Shown here: in pieces, positions 1 to 13,534 of the stretch
Position numbering within the stretch: the first letter of the stretch is position 1
Layout: each line of letters opens with the position of its first letter
Assembly (NCBI GenBank): GCA_054600435.1
Contig: BAAIJX010000036.1
Location: 1-64,000, forward strand
Length of the DNA: 64,000 nucleotides
Direction of reading: 5' to 3'
DNA from: Neophaeotheca triangularis
Taxonomy: Eukaryota
Translations under genes and position numbers: made by a program
Notes under the pieces: generated by a model
The model's input: the letters and a program-made list of their open reading frames with translations, nothing else
Told to the model about the DNA's origin: nothing
Database searches by the model: none

Positions 1-38
1 CCCCCGCGAGCCTTTCCTCCTCTTCCACCATCCCATGC

Positions 39-3000
39 TCACAAAAAGTCCAAAGCAGAAGAATTGCTAACATTGGTCTTCCTCTTCGTCACCCCAGCCC
101 CATTGCCACCAAGCGTCATACTCCCGACAGCGAACCCCGCCTCGGGATGCTCGCTCACGTACTGCTTCCGCAACCTCTCGGCCTCAGCATCCCACCGGAC
201 AACGGCAGTCTCGTACTCCTTGCGAGCGGCCGTGGCCAGCTCCTGTGCCTGCTGGCTCTTCTCCACATACGGCCGCTTCTGCTCGTCGGAGAGCGCGCGC
301 CACCAGACGCCGATGGTGGCTCGGACGTCGTTTTTACCTTTGCCGCCGCTGATTTGTGTTGCCTGGTCGCAATAGTCTTTGCATTCGTTCCATTTTTCTT
401 TTGTGTACAGGAGGAAGGGGTTGACGCCCGGGCGATCGGGTTTGGTTGGGCGATCGCCGAGGAGGGAGAGGATGGTGCCCAAGAGGGCGGCTTCGTGGTC
501 GAGCGTTGAGGCGTCCAGGGTCGTCGAGGCCCAAAACGAGGAGTCCGAAGCCACGACGCTTTTGGAGGGTGGAAGGGTGGTAGTGGTGAACTTGGGGACA
601 GCTGGGGTGGAAGATTTGCGGGCTGTTGTTGATGTGCCTGGTTCCTGCTTGACCGGCGAGGCTGCTGTTGAGGTTGTGGGCTCGGTTGTGAGCGTTGCTG
701 TGCTTGAGGATGCAGCTGCCGGGGGTAGAGTGGACCTATTCTGTTCGGTGTAGCTGGGCATCAGCGACATCTGTTCAGGCTTCGTGGCCGGGGCTCCAAC
801 TAGTGGTGTTGGCAGTACGATTGGTCCCATCATGGCTTCGACGACTTCTGAGGCCACCCTCAACCCGGACAGAAATGCACCGTGGACTGTAGCAGGATGA
901 GTACCGCAAGTAGCTTCACCAGCGAAGTGCAGATTTCCCACGGGCTTCGCCATCAAGTCGTAGTCACCCGGCTGTGTCTTGGGCCCGACGTAAGAATATG
1001 TTCCTCTGGAAAAGCGGTCCTGTTTCCACCGTGTGACAATGACTTCTTTTGGTTTGGGCACCGGAGCCTTTGTGAATACACTGCTCAGACGCTCCTCAAC
1101 TTCTGCGAGAAGAGATGTTGTATCGGTTGTTTCGGCTTGATATGCAGCATTGCCGGCCATGAGCGCAATGAGCATTGGCCTACCGCTAATCTTGGTGCAG
1201 TTCCATATCAAGTAAAACCGCCCCCTTCTCTTTGCGTAGTCGGCCGGATCAAGACTTCCCTGTTGCTCAGCTTCGTTGAGGAGTCCGAACATGTCGCGGT
1301 CGTCGTCCCAGAACGGCTCGTCGTAGAGGAGGATAACCTGGAAAATTGCGTAAGTAGATTGACATAGATCAGGACAGGGTGTTATTCCTCGCTTACTTTG
1401 TTCAGAAGACCGAAGCCCATCCTATCAAGAGCACCCTGCTTCCAGCTAGGCAACGGAGGGTCGAAATCGATGGTATCGCTCTTCAAGACACCAAGGGGTG
1501 CTGTGACAACGACTTCGTCGGCATCAATCACATCGCCGTCTTGGCAGGCGACTCTTGTCAATAATTCTTGCTCATTCTTCTTGTCTTCGATGTAGTGTAT
1601 GCTATCGACGACCTTGTCGAAGCGCACATCAAGCTTGGTCGGCAGGTTCATCAGGCCTCGAGGCAACTGAGTGTAGCCACCAACAACTTCTGCGTGCGCT
1701 CCCTCGAACTCGTTACCGGTGTCCTGATCGTGACCGCTAAGGCTCAAAGATGACACCGGGGCAGCGTTGGCATACTCGAGATTTGCATGATGCCAATTGA
1801 GCAGCCGCATGTCGTACGGAGTGAGATCGACGATCTCCTGATATTGCTTGATGGCTTCGTCCATCACACTGCCAAGTGATGGGTTCTTGCTAGATTGCGC
1901 TATGCTGTCGAGATGAAGTGTGGATGACTTTGGCACCTCATCCTTGAGCTCCCATCCCATCTTTCTAGCGGCTCTTGCTGCCTTTTCCGTGGCATTGCTA
2001 GGCTCAACCACTTGACTTCTGCCTGTAAGCTTCTCTGTGCCAGGCGGAGCGTTGCGTCTTCGGCCTCTCTTTAGTATTGGCTTGCTGTTCTTCGTTGGGT
2101 CCAGCGGGTCGAACTCAGGTTCCAAGGGCTGAAGCGCGAATCCCGCAAAGCCGTTAACAGCTGGATCTTTGCAACGGTCTATCAAATCCTTTTCACCCTT
2201 GAGCGTTTCTTGAACCGTGGCGACTGCCCGATATTCGCCGGTACGGTCTGAGATGTCGGTGTAAAGCTCTGTGTTGAGTGTATCCCTCTCTTCATCAACC
2301 GCCTCCCCATCGCAGTCGTAGATGGTGAGCGAATCTTTCATCAGATGATATCGCAAGCCCAGCTGACCTCGAATGACGATGTCCAAAGGATTTCCATGCT
2401 CAAAGCCTGTCACAATCATGGCGCCCATCTCAGCGGTGTTTCGCAAACCATTTGGAAGGCTGCCCTCGGCCTGACTGCGCAGTGGCTTTGAGTACACCCT
2501 GCCTCCTATACGATTACGGCCTTCCAGAACAAGGACTCTCGGTGGTCGTTGTCCCTTTCCTGCCCAGTACGCTTCGCCTTGAGCGAAGAGGCTCTCCAAC
2601 TGACGTGCAGTCGTGAGACCTGCCACTCCTGCCCCAAGTACTACCACTGTCTTTTGCGGTAGTTGAGGCCTCGCCAGAATGGAGGCCTGAACATCTCTTG
2701 GGACATCGATACAGCCGAAGTTGATGTACCCATTCCGCATGAGCCACATACGTGCGACTTTTGCGAGACCAAAAAAGCGCGAGTCTTTGGCACATCCAGC
2801 TGACTCTTCAATTGTGACACTGCTCAACGGATTTCTAGTCCAAAGTCGAAGTATCGCATTTCGTATATTCAGGTAGACGGTGACTTCTGGATGAGTGATG
2901 AGATCGAAGAGCAGGCTGTTCTCGCCGGGATGCAGGGCGTATGGGTCGAGCCTCGAAGCGTGAGCAGCCTCTATGCATTGTAATGCATAGATCTCTGCCG

Positions 3001-3559
3001 GTAGACGGGAGGGTATAGAAGAGCGCGGTCGAATTTCGGGGCGCAACTCAAACAACTTCGAGCTCTTCTGTGTCTTGGGCGGACTTGTCTTGGGAATGCC
3101 GTTGGGGTTCTTTGGGGGGCGACCTCGACGTTTCGGCACCTTTACAGGCTGGACCTCTGCGCTCTGCGTGGCTGGTTCACTTGATATGGGTTGGCCCAGT
3201 GAGCTCAGACTGCTGCTGGATCCAGTCTTGGCGGTCTCCTTGATAGTACCATTCAGAAATCGCTTCCGCGAAGGACTGTGGCTTGTCGACTGTGGTTGTG
3301 AACGGTCCTCTGCCGCTACCGAAGAATTGATAGATGAAAGCCCTGTGCTGGTGGCGGATTCAGAGGAGCCATATCGTTGCCAATTGCCATTCGCATCGAT
3401 CCGCCAGGCGCCCTTGTTATTTCGAGTCATTTGTTGCTCGTGATCGAACACATCCGTGCCGGTTGAGGAGTTGCTCGAGTCGTCTTGTTCGATTTTGGTG
3501 GCGTGACCCTCGGCCATGTCGATGTCGCCCGCCTCCCTTGGCACATCCACTTCCGCCAT
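39..3559 (-). CDS. LSD1/KDM1-like lysine-specific histone demethylase (SWIRM + flavin amine oxidase + C-terminal HMG box); exons 3559-1397, 1337-39; ~1153 aa
   Basis: SWIRM (YLNIRNAILRLW...WLMRNGYINFG), FAD motif GAGVAG, EGRNRIGGR, GFGLLNK|VIL across a GTAAGC...TTCCAG intron at 1338-1396, FAGEAT..HPATVHGA, HMG-like NPFLLY...WWRALSDEQKRPY. First ATG taken at 3559. Confidence 0.93.
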
Positions 3560-5942
3560 GGCTATCGCAGCTGCCGTTGAGGGCACAGTATTGTATGATC
3601 GTTTCTATTCCATGTGATACGGGAGGCGCGGGCGTTGTGACGGGTATATAGGTCGCAGGAGCAGGTGGATGTGAAGCTGTTAGATGGCACGCCAAGGACG
3701 GGTCAGGGTTGAACCGAGCTTCGCCTTCGAAGTAGGTGAAAGATTGAATCTCCCTTCACGAAAGCATCGGGGCGCTGGAACCCAGCATGTGTACGACGTC
3801 GCCTCGCACGCTTCGAATGGGATGGGATGTATCAACCATCAGCTGAGAAGCAGGTCAGGCAGTCGGCGAGCGAGCGTGCGTGCCTCTCGGCTTCATCCCC
3901 GCTTCGTCCCTTTTCGCCCTTCTCGGAAGCCAGACTTCAACCTCATCTCCTCCCCTCACGCCCTGATATCTCATGCCACTTTATTTCGAGGTCCTCGCTT
4001 GGTCCAAACTTTCGGTTTTGCGACTCTCCAAAGTTCGATCCGCTCGGCAATCAAATGAAAGATGACGGGAAGAGAGCACTGCCTCGACTGGCGCCACTCC
4101 TCCACCCTGAATAGCGCAAAATCTTCGACCCACGACGATGCCCCTGCAGTGACATTGGCTAGTACCGCGTTTCTACACGACTACAATGCGCGCGGGGAGA
4201 GCAGAGGAGGAGATCTGGCGCATAATGAGACGGTCTCCGTGCTCTTTGAGCATACAGGCACCTGCGATATACAGGCATAGATACCTCCAGAAGGCGGAAC
4301 CTTTCTCAGGCCATACTCTCCTACATCTTGCCTCAGGTCAAACTGTCCACAAGTCTAGCGTACAACGCTCGCTTTCACACTTTCGAAGTCTCGCACGGCT
4401 GCCCAATGAGCATGACTGTCTTCTCACGGTATTCTCGCAGTCCGCTCTGCGTCATTTCACGTTAAGACGTAGGCGGCGGACACTGGGCTGGCTGACCATT
4501 TGTAGTCTCACTATAGATGCGTTAGAATTCAACTATTAGCAGAGTTGCGAACATTTTTCAAGCATACCCAGGAGCGGTGCCACCGCTCCGTTCCTTGGAT
4601 GGTGCATTTGTATTGCGTTAGGCACGGGCAGGATCGAGTACTTTAGAAATATGAAAGATCAAACATTCGAGGCCACGCGAAAGTAGCCATTCTATTTTGC
4701 CGGCTGGAGTCAAGAGAGGAGAGAAAATCGGCGCCCGTCATCGCGATGCTCTAGGGACATTGACCATGATTCGTAGGCAAGAGACTACGTGACCCAATAG
4801 ACTATGAACTCGCAGCCTAAAACGGTCTGTACCACTTCTCGTTTAGCTTTCGTCGTCTTGCATGGGTATCTCTGGTGACTGTTTCCTATCGACGCTTAAT
4901 AGCTCGAGGTGCTCGTCAAGCAACTTCATTTCCACCAGCCGTCCGCCACTCGCCAAGTCATCAAGTGCTCTCCCTGCTCTTAATCCATTTTACTCTCAGA
5001 TCATCCCTATCATCCAGCTTCTGAAAGCAATGTCCATGTCGAGCCTCCCTTGGGCGGAGCTGCAAGGCTTTGCCGCCAAGATACCGGCTTCGAATTCGAT
5101 ATGCTCGCAAAGTGGTCATGTCTTCGCGTCTCGCTACTCGTGAATGTATGTCGAAGTCGCAATAGTGCCTTCATCCAAACGCAATAGCCCACACTATGAT
5201 CAACATGTTGAGGAAGATGAGGGGTACTGTCGAGCTGTCAGCGCCAAAGCCCCTTTCCAGTCCACAGATTGTTGTCACAACGTACTCCTCATGAGTGTCC
5301 TGACAGAATTAATCAAATTGATAGTCTTCGATTTCAAGCTCGCATTGTCTTGCATACCGCCGAACGCTGGCTCCTGTTGGCTTGATCCCCATCCGACTGG
5401 CATTCGGGTTAGTCTTCGTGTGCGAAGCGACCACAATCCAGAGTTCCGGTTCAGTACGTACTCCGCGCTAGGAAGCGATCTTCTGAGAGGATTGCGATCG
5501 CGTTCACGAGAAGTATCGATGCTGTGAGAGAGAGGTCAGTGTGATTGAAGCATCCGGCTGGATTGTGACCGCATACCTTGGAAGAAGCCTCCGAAGGAGA
5601 ACAGGAGTGTGGCCATAATTCGTGCGAAGCTGGTTTTCTGTTTGTTATCTGAATATAGCTGTGTGGGTATTGCGCTTAGACGTCGAGGAGTACGAAGGCA
5701 GATCAACCGTGAGCAACTGCTGGTTCAGGCCACGTTCAGCGAGCCGCAAGTAAGTGAGGTGGTGAGAGGCTGAGAGGCTGAGAGCTCGGCGGAAAGATCC
5801 CGGCTTTCCGCCCACGACGCGTAGGGCGTCTCAAGCGAGTAAAAACGACTACAAGCCCAGGTCAATGTCCCTCTCCCAGCATTACGGGTTCAGATCGTTG
5901 CAGGTCGTTGCCCCGAGGCGTGATGCGAATTGGAGCTTCGCA

Positions 5943-7633
5943 ATGGAGTTCATAGGTACTAACCCGAGCATCACTTACTGGAAAGCAGACACTAACATGT
6001 GCCAGACCTGGGCCTTGGGCTCCTCCTCCTTGGCCTTATCCAACTGCACCTGTTCGCCTCGCCATACACAAAAGTCGAAGAGTCGTTCAACATACAGGCC
6101 ACTCACGACATCCTCAAGTATGGTATTCCGTGGGTTGGAGACACTCTGACAAAACTCTCCATTCGCTTTGATCACGTTGCTTTCCCTGGCTCCGTGCCTA
6201 GGACCTTTGTCGGATCGCTGTTGCTGGCCGGCATGTCAAAGCCCTTTACGGCTCTTGTATCCTCGCCCGATCGCGCGCAAGTACTAGTAAGGAGTCTGCT
6301 TGGTCTTGCAAATGGTGGCGTGCTGCTCCAAGTACGTTCGGCGGTGGATGTCGCTTATGGCAGGACGGCCGGACGTTGGTACATGCTGCTCGTTGCAAGC
6401 CAATTTCACGTCATCTACTATGCCTCCAGGACGCTACCCAACATGTTCGCCTTTGTCCTGACCACGATGGCCGTCGGAAGGTTCATACTTGCGAAAACTC
6501 CACCTCTGAAATCCCAAAGAAACATGAAGCACAGACGATTGGCGATATATTTACTTACAGTGGCTGGCATCATCTTCCGATCTGAAGTCGCGATACTACT
6601 AGCGATGGAGACTGTCTTCCTGGTCGTACAGCGACGCGACGCCTTCTTCAAGGAAATCGTACCCGCCGGTCTCATGGGCGCTGCTGCTGCTTTGCCGACT
6701 ACGATCCTAGTAGACTCGTTTTTCTGGCAGGCCTGGCCTACGTGGCCGGAATGGGTGGGCTTTTACTACAATACCGTATTAGGACATTCCGCCCAGTGGG
6801 GCACGGAGCCATTCCACTTCTACTTCCTCAACGCGCTTCCACGCCTACTCCTTAGCCCAGCGACGCTCCTCCTCTGCTTGCCAGTTGCCGTGAGCATGAA
6901 GGCTACACAAAAAACCACTGCGGACATTATTCTACCTCATATTGCCTTCATCGCACTTTACAGCCTGTTGCCGCACAAGGAGTGGCGTTTCATCATCTAC
7001 AGCGTACCTGCTTTCACTGCTGTAGCGTCTGGTGGCGCTGGGTGGATCTGGACCAGGCGCGCAAAGAGCCTCACGTATCGACTGCTGAGCCTCATCATGT
7101 TAGCAGCAACTGCAGCATCATTCGTTGCAAGTCTTGGCCTGCTGTACATCTCTAGCCTCAACTATCCCGGAGGCGAGGCCCTTCAGCGTCTCCACACGAT
7201 TGCTGGGCCGCAACCTCTGGCGAGGGTGCATCTGGACAATCTTGCATGTCAAACTGGAGTCACGCGCTTTCTACAGGTCAAAGATGCCTGGGTGTACGAT
7301 AAAACGGAAAACGAGACGTTACTGCACGAGCCTGGATTTTGGCAGAACTTCGACTTTGCGTTGGCGGAATCGCCCGAGCGAGTAATTGGGAGTTGGGAAG
7401 TAATTGATACTATTGAAGGTTTTGCTGGCGTTACCCTCAAGCCGAACGATGGTCAGGACGTGCTACCTGCCAGAGCCTCAAAGGGAAGCCTGCTGCGCCA
7501 AGTCCAGGATAGCTACAACGATGCTGCTCGCATTGCTAGGGAAAGGATAACCGAGGGGTATTGGCCGACCGTCAAGATGCAGCCACGCATTCGAATACTA
7601 CGGCGACAGCCACCACTGGTCGTTCAGACGTAA
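5943..7633 (+). CDS. ALG12: Dol-P-Man alpha-1,6-mannosyltransferase (GT22); exons 5943-5955, 6006-7633; ~546 aa
   Basis: [57 protein letters not shown] motifs. Intron GTACTA..ACTAAC..GCCAG (5956-6005) joins MEFI-D-LGL in frame. Confidence 0.95.
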
Positions 7634-8196
7634 TTCGACAATCTGGCTCATGGTCAGCACGAGCACGCTCAAACGCGAGTTGCTGTTACCTACTCGATGA
7701 GGTTCCCATCCGGGTCTCGAATGAAGACACTGCGCAATGTCCCCGACGCGCCTGTCCTCTCGACGATCTTCTCGTGCTCGAGAACCTGTCCAGGTCGTCA
7801 GAATCACGCTGAGAACCCAAAACTTAGAAGCACCTACCCTTACGCCAGCGCCCCTCCAGTTGCTCAAGACTTTGTCGATGGGCGTTTCGGTGATGAAACA
7901 GAGATCCCCACTCCCAGGAGTAGGACGCAGCGAGTGAGGGGTGTGCTCTTTGCCTGCAACATGCAAGTTGATCTTCTGCGATCCAACGCGAAGAGCGTGT
8001 CTGTGGTAAGAAGCGTCAGCGCATGGAGCATCGAATCGAGGACTTGAGCTTGGGCTAACCTCTCTTCTCCGTTGGTCATGTATGCGATGTGCTGGAAGCC
8101 AAGGAAGTACTTGTAGAAATGGAGTGTTGCTTGGAGGTCCTTGACTGTCAGGACGATGTGGTCCAAGGCCTTGACTTCTACGGCAAAGCCAGTCAT
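7624..8196 (-). CDS. Glyoxalase/VOC-family protein (GLOD5-like); exons 8196-8060, 8000-7838, 7785-7694, 7642-7624; 136 aa
   Basis: Spliced product reads [10 protein letters not shown]...[14 protein letters not shown]...[12 protein letters not shown]...[29 protein letters not shown]. Three GT-AG introns each have a CTGAC branch site. Confidence 0.9.
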
Positions 8197-9206
8197 GTTT
8201 GATGATAGATACTCAGGTTGCTATGGATGATCATGATCAAAAATCAAGACGGGCCCGCCGACCCTTTTCAACCTCGTTACATTGACAAGGGAACCCGCCA
8301 CAGCATATGCCTGATGTCAGTAGCTACTAGTCACGTCTCCGCAAGACCTTTCGCCGAGCGGTGCCAGCCGCCTTGCTGTTTCCCACGGACGTTGCATGCT
8401 GTTTGGGCTGGCGAGGAGGAGGCACATTAGCTATGAAAGCTTCGACGTCTGCCGAGCCCCGGGCTAGCCTGAGCAGGCAATGAAGCGAGTGAAGTTGCGG
8501 TGATCATGAGGGTCTCGCATGAAGCTCCGAGCTGTCCTCGGCCAACGTGGATGGTGCGGCATTTAATCGCAGCGTCACTGGCCAAGGAACACCGCATGCA
8601 CCAAGAGTATGTAGTGGTCCAGCTGGACAAGGTAGCCAGGCCATGTACCACCAGAGTTACCTAGCACGTGTGGTATGAATCATGATCATATCTCGTGATT
8701 GAGAAGAATTCACGCTCTCTCCGTGGCATTGTACCGAAAGGTCCACGGCCTCGACGGAGTGGTGTGACCGTGTGAGGCGGAACATGTCGACGCTTCTCCA
8801 ACTCTGACCCGCAAGCGAAATCGCCCAGCTTTTGAGCTCACAGCCACAGACACTGCCACTTCCAAGTTCCAACCGAAATGCTTCGGAAGCTTGCCTTCGG
8901 AAGCGGCTTCCAAGCAACCAAGGAGCAGCAAACACCTAACAGCAACAACACTCGCTACCTACATACCTATAATGAACCAACATCACGTGTACTAGTATCC
9001 TCGTCTACTGTAACGACAACGCAGACATAGCAAAAGCAGCAGTGGATACCTGCGATTGTGGTCTTGATGCATGCACATGCAGTAAACCGGCAATACTACT
9101 CCCGCGCTCCAATCGCATTCTCCTAATAGCGGCTTTCTGTTTACCGCCTCCCCTCGCACCAGCACCACACCAAACGACCCATACGGTACACCTCGCGTAG
9201 CCCAAC

Positions 9207-10514
9207 ATGCAACAATCTCAACCCTCCGCCATCTCAACACTCTCATCCTACATTCTCGACTCCCTCTGGACCCTCACCAACTGCTTCAACTGCTTCCCCT
9301 CGAACCCTAGCTTACGCATAAATGGCCGCTCCTACAAGATCCTCCGCTTGCTAGGCGAGGGCGGCTTCTCCTACGTCTACCTAGTGCAATCACCCGGCGA
9401 CCCCACTCTCTACGCGCTCAAAAAGATCAGGTGCCCTTTCGGCCAAGAGAGCGTTGCGCAAGCGTTGAAAGAGGTAGAGGCGTACAGCCTGTTCAGCCCG
9501 CACCCGAACATCATTCATGCCATTGACCACGAGGTCGCGAAGGAGAGGGGAGGGGACGAGGGCAGCAAGACAGTTTACATCTTGCTGCCGTACTTTCGGA
9601 GGGGGAACTTACAGGATGCCATCAATGCGAATCTGGTCAATAGAGCGCATTTCCCGGAAAGGCGGCTGATGGTGCTGTTTCTGGGTGTTTGTAGGGCGCT
9701 GAAGGCAATGCATCAATACCATGTCAAGGGGGCGCCAGGCGGAGCGGGGGCGAGGAAGAAGGCGAAGAATGTCAGACAAGAGGCGGCAGAGGCAGATCGG
9801 GAAGCGGCAGAGGAGGTAGGGGCAAGCAATGGCAGGCGGCGGAGACGTGAAGACACTGGTGAGGAAGAAGATGAGAACGAGCCGCTGATGGATGGAGAGG
9901 TCGTGGCTTCCCAGCAAGGCGTACCGGCTGGCGTTGAAAGAAGCTATGCGCATCGGGACATTAAGCCTGGAAATATCATGATCAACGACACAGGCACGCA
10001 GCCGATACTGATGGACCTCGGATCTCTGGCACCCAGTCCAACGCCGGTCACAAGTAGAGCGTTGGCTCTGCAGATCCAAGATCAAGCGGCCGAACACAGT
10101 ACCATGCCGTATCGCGCGCCAGAACTCTTTGATGTCAAGACTGATACGGTCATCGACACAAAGGTGGACATTTGGAGTTTGGGCTGCACGTTGTATGCCT
10201 GCTTGGTTGGCAAGTCACCCTTCGAAGCACGCAGTGAAGAGACCGGAGGCAGCCTGTCACTGTGCGTGCTCGGTGGAGACTGGCGATTTCCGGACGAAGG
10301 TCCCGCAGAGGCCAGGAGAGGCAAGCAGAGAGTCGTAGACGAGGGCGCCGCGAGACCGCGCGAGGAGGTCATCTCCGACCCCGTAAAGGAAGTGGTGAGG
10401 GCTTGCTTGCAAGTCGAGCCCGCCGAGCGGCCCGACATCGATCAGCTTTCCGCAATGGTCGAGGGCGTGATTGAGAGGATGCCTGACGATGGAGACGCGG
10501 CATTGGACATGTAG
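9207..10514 (+). CDS. ENV7: NAK-family Ser/Thr kinase (STK16/Env7-like), intronless, 435 aa
   Basis: LGEGGFSYVYLV, ALKKIRC, HRDIKPGN, MDLGS, STMPYRAPELF, DIWSLGCTLY; N-terminal Cys pair (NCFNCFP) like the palmitoylated N-terminus of Env7. Confidence 0.9.
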   Translation: MQQSQPSAISTLSSYILDSLWTLTNCFNCFPSNPSLRINGRSYKILRLLGEGGFSYVYLVQSPGDPTLYALKKIRCPFGQESVAQALKEVEAYSLFSPHPNIIHAIDHEVAKERGGDEGSKTVYILLPYFRRGNLQDAINANLVNRAHFPERRLMVLFLGVCRALKAMHQYHVKGAPGGAGARKKAKNVRQEAAEADREAAEEVGASNGRRRRREDTGEEEDENEPLMDGEVVASQQGVPAGVERSYAHRDIKPGNIMINDTGTQPILMDLGSLAPSPTPVTSRALALQIQDQAAEHSTMPYRAPELFDVKTDTVIDTKVDIWSLGCTLYACLVGKSPFEARSEETGGSLSLCVLGGDWRFPDEGPAEARRGKQRVVDEGAARPREEVISDPVKEVVRACLQVEPAERPDIDQLSAMVEGVIERMPDDGDAALDM

Positions 10515-11128
10515 CGTGGCGTGATGCACCTTGGGCGTTTAGCTTGTAAAGTATTTCGTTGTTCTCGTGGTAATACCCATAGGCAGTATCAGAGCCTTGC
10601 GTTGACAGCGCAGCAGTCAACTATCTTCTCGCAGTAATCACAAAGCTCGTAGCAGACAACACATCATTCTTGCATAGCTTCATACCTGCTCATTTCCATT
10701 CCTTCTTGGCGAAGGACATGATATATCGCTGACATTACCTGATTAGGCAAGTGCCAGGACAAGTCACACTTCCCCGCTCAGCTTCAGCCACCTCGTCCAC
10801 CTCGTCCCCAGCCCTTCCAAGGTTGCCATCGACGGTGGTCGTGAGTGGTCGCCCACTACTACATCTCAGATTACTCGTGGAACGTTGGCCAGCAACACCA
10901 TCTTATTGATTGCCTTCTTCATCGTCAACTGTCTCCTGGAACTTGAGTAGGGCGCATCGAGTTGCCTATTGCCGAAGCTGTCTTTGGCTGCCTTCTTCCG
11001 CTTCTCAAGCTGCCTACAGTTCAGTTCCCTATTAACCACAAACTTGGAAGCCTTCGTACCTCGGACACACTGCTTCTACCTATATCGCCTCAACAATAGC
11101 CACCTGAAGACCCCTCAACTCAATCGTC

Positions 11129-13467
11129 ATGGTCAAACGTGCGTCTACATTTGGGCCTCAGACTCTTTTGTCTGCACCACGAAGGTCACCTGGCGTGCCA
11201 AACCCGTCTGGTACCAAGATCTTATACACCGTGAATACGTACAGCTTCGAAACTCACAGCAAGACCAATGAGCTCCGTATTCTGGACGTAGCGAGTGGCG
11301 AGAGCCAGCCAATCCCTGGAGGATCAGACATCAGAGATCCGAAATGGCTCAACGATGAAGAGGTCATCTGCCTGGAAGCCGGAACGGGAGGCGACAACAA
11401 CTTGCAGATCTATGTAGCCGACAACAACGCCAGCAGTGGCCTGAAATCACTCGTCAAGTTCACGCTCTCTGGACCTGGGAGTAATCTCAAGATTGCACCC
11501 CTTGACGACGGGTGCTTTGCTGTTGTCTTCTCCGCTCCAACAACGCCTAATGGACGTATGTTCAACGAACATAGAGCGAAACCAACTCAATCTACTGGCA
11601 GGCTGTACAATAGCCTGTTGGTCAGACACTGGGACCAGTATGAGACCAAGATCAAGAACGCGCTGTTCTATTGCAAGCTGAGTACGGGCGGGTTCAAGAA
11701 GTACCAACTGTCAATGCACACGAACGCACTTAAAGGTGCAAACTGCGCGGAATGTCCCATCAGCCCTTTTGGCAGCACCGACAACTTTGACGTCTGTAAG
11801 GAAGGCATAATCTTCGTCTCAAAGGATCCCGGGCTCGACCCTGCGTTGAATACGAAGTGCAACTTGTATCTCAGGAAAATCGACGACTGGGCTAAGGACT
11901 GCTCGAACGGCGGACTGCTTTGTGTGCAACCACCCGGTTTCGAAGGAGCCATCACTAGCCCAGTGTTCTCCGCAGATGGTTCAAGAGCTGCTTTCCTTGC
12001 CATGCGCACAAATGGGTACGAAGCTGATCAAAACCACTTGTTTGTGTTGGAACACCCTTTCGGACACTCCTACTCGGTCCAGCAACGGTCGTCACGCAGC
12101 TTCGACCGCAGCCCGGGCGCCATTTGCTTCATGCCCGACGGCGAAGGCATCCTTGCTATTGCGGATGACCGGGGATCCGCGCGGCTGTTCCTGCTGACCG
12201 ATGGCATGGAACCTGTAGGTCTCACAGGCCCGGAGTCCGTCGCCGACGTGAAGGTTATGAAAGGCGGCTGCGTCTTTGTCACTGCCTCGACGCTGTTGGA
12301 CAATTCTCTCTACATGATCATCAGCTTGGAATGGGAGAGAGCATCGCAAACAAAGCGACTTGTTCAATGGCAACACTCCAGCTCCGGCCATGGCAACAAG
12401 TTCGGCCTAAAAGAGCACCAAGTCTCCACCATCTGGACGCCTGCCTCGAACCCTAGCATCAACCGGCAAATACAATCGTGGGTGGTAAAGCCCAGCTTCT
12501 TCAACCCGAGTAAGAAATATCCCGTAGCTTACCTGATCCACGGTGGTCCTCAAGGAGCTTGGGGTAACTCTTGGTCGACACGCTGGAATCCCGCGGTCTT
12601 TGCTGAACAAGGTTACATTGTCATTGCTCCGAACCCGACAGGCTCTACGGGGTACGGGCAAGCCCTCACGGACAGTATACGGGACAACTGGGGTGGTGAT
12701 CCGTATCACGACATCGTCAATGTCTTTGACTGGGTGAGCGAGAACATGCCGGAAGCGGACAACGGCAATGCAGTGGCCTTGGGTGCAAGCTATGGTGGAT
12801 ACATGATGTGAGTAACGATGCTCTGGTAGCTGAAGCGTCACGGCCTACGCTAACAACTGTTCAGGAACTGGATACAAGGACATGATCTCGGCCGCAAGCT
12901 GAAATGCTTGGTGTGCCACGATGGCATCTGTAAGTGATAGACCGCTTAAATGAAACCACATATGCTGACCATGACCCAGTCTCGCTTGGAGGCATGCTTG
13001 CCACAGAAGAACTATACTTCCCCTTCCATGACTTGAAAGGTGCCCCGTGGAAAGCCTCCTCTAAAGATGACGGCAGCCCAGCGCAAGTCAAGCATAACTT
13101 TGGCCACACCTCGTTGTCAAACTGGGCGAAGTGGGACCCCACTCAATACCTGGACAACTGGCAGACACCACAGCTCGTTATCCACAATAGCAAAGACTAC
13201 CGTATTTGCATCTCTGATGGTCTCGCTGCGTTCAACGTACTACAAGCTCGAGGCGTGGAAAGCCAGCTCCTGACGTTCCCGGATGAGAATCACTTCGTTC
13301 TGAAACCCGAGAACTCGTTGGTCTGGCACAAAGTGGTACTGAATTGGATCAACCACTACACCGGCTTGCCGAAGTTCGCGGAAGAAGAAAACGAGCAAGC
13401 TTTCCTTGGTGGCACTAGGAAGGGTGAAATCATTGAGATGGAAGGACAGGGCAGGCCCGAGACCTGA
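11129..13467 (+). CDS. Dipeptidyl-peptidase V-like S9 serine peptidase; exons 11129-12807, 12865-12929, 12980-13467; ~743 aa
   Basis: VRHWD, IHGGPQ, NPTGSTGYG, nucleophile GASYGG, KDYR (Asp), DENHFV (His). Introns GTGAGT..TTCAG and GTAAGT..CCCAG restore YMMNWIQG and HDGIFS. Confidence 0.93.
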
Positions 13468-13534
13468 AACGAGCAAATAGACATTAGGCACTCTACCAAT
13501 GCAGCGGATCACACCTCGAAAGCCTTCCTTTTGT

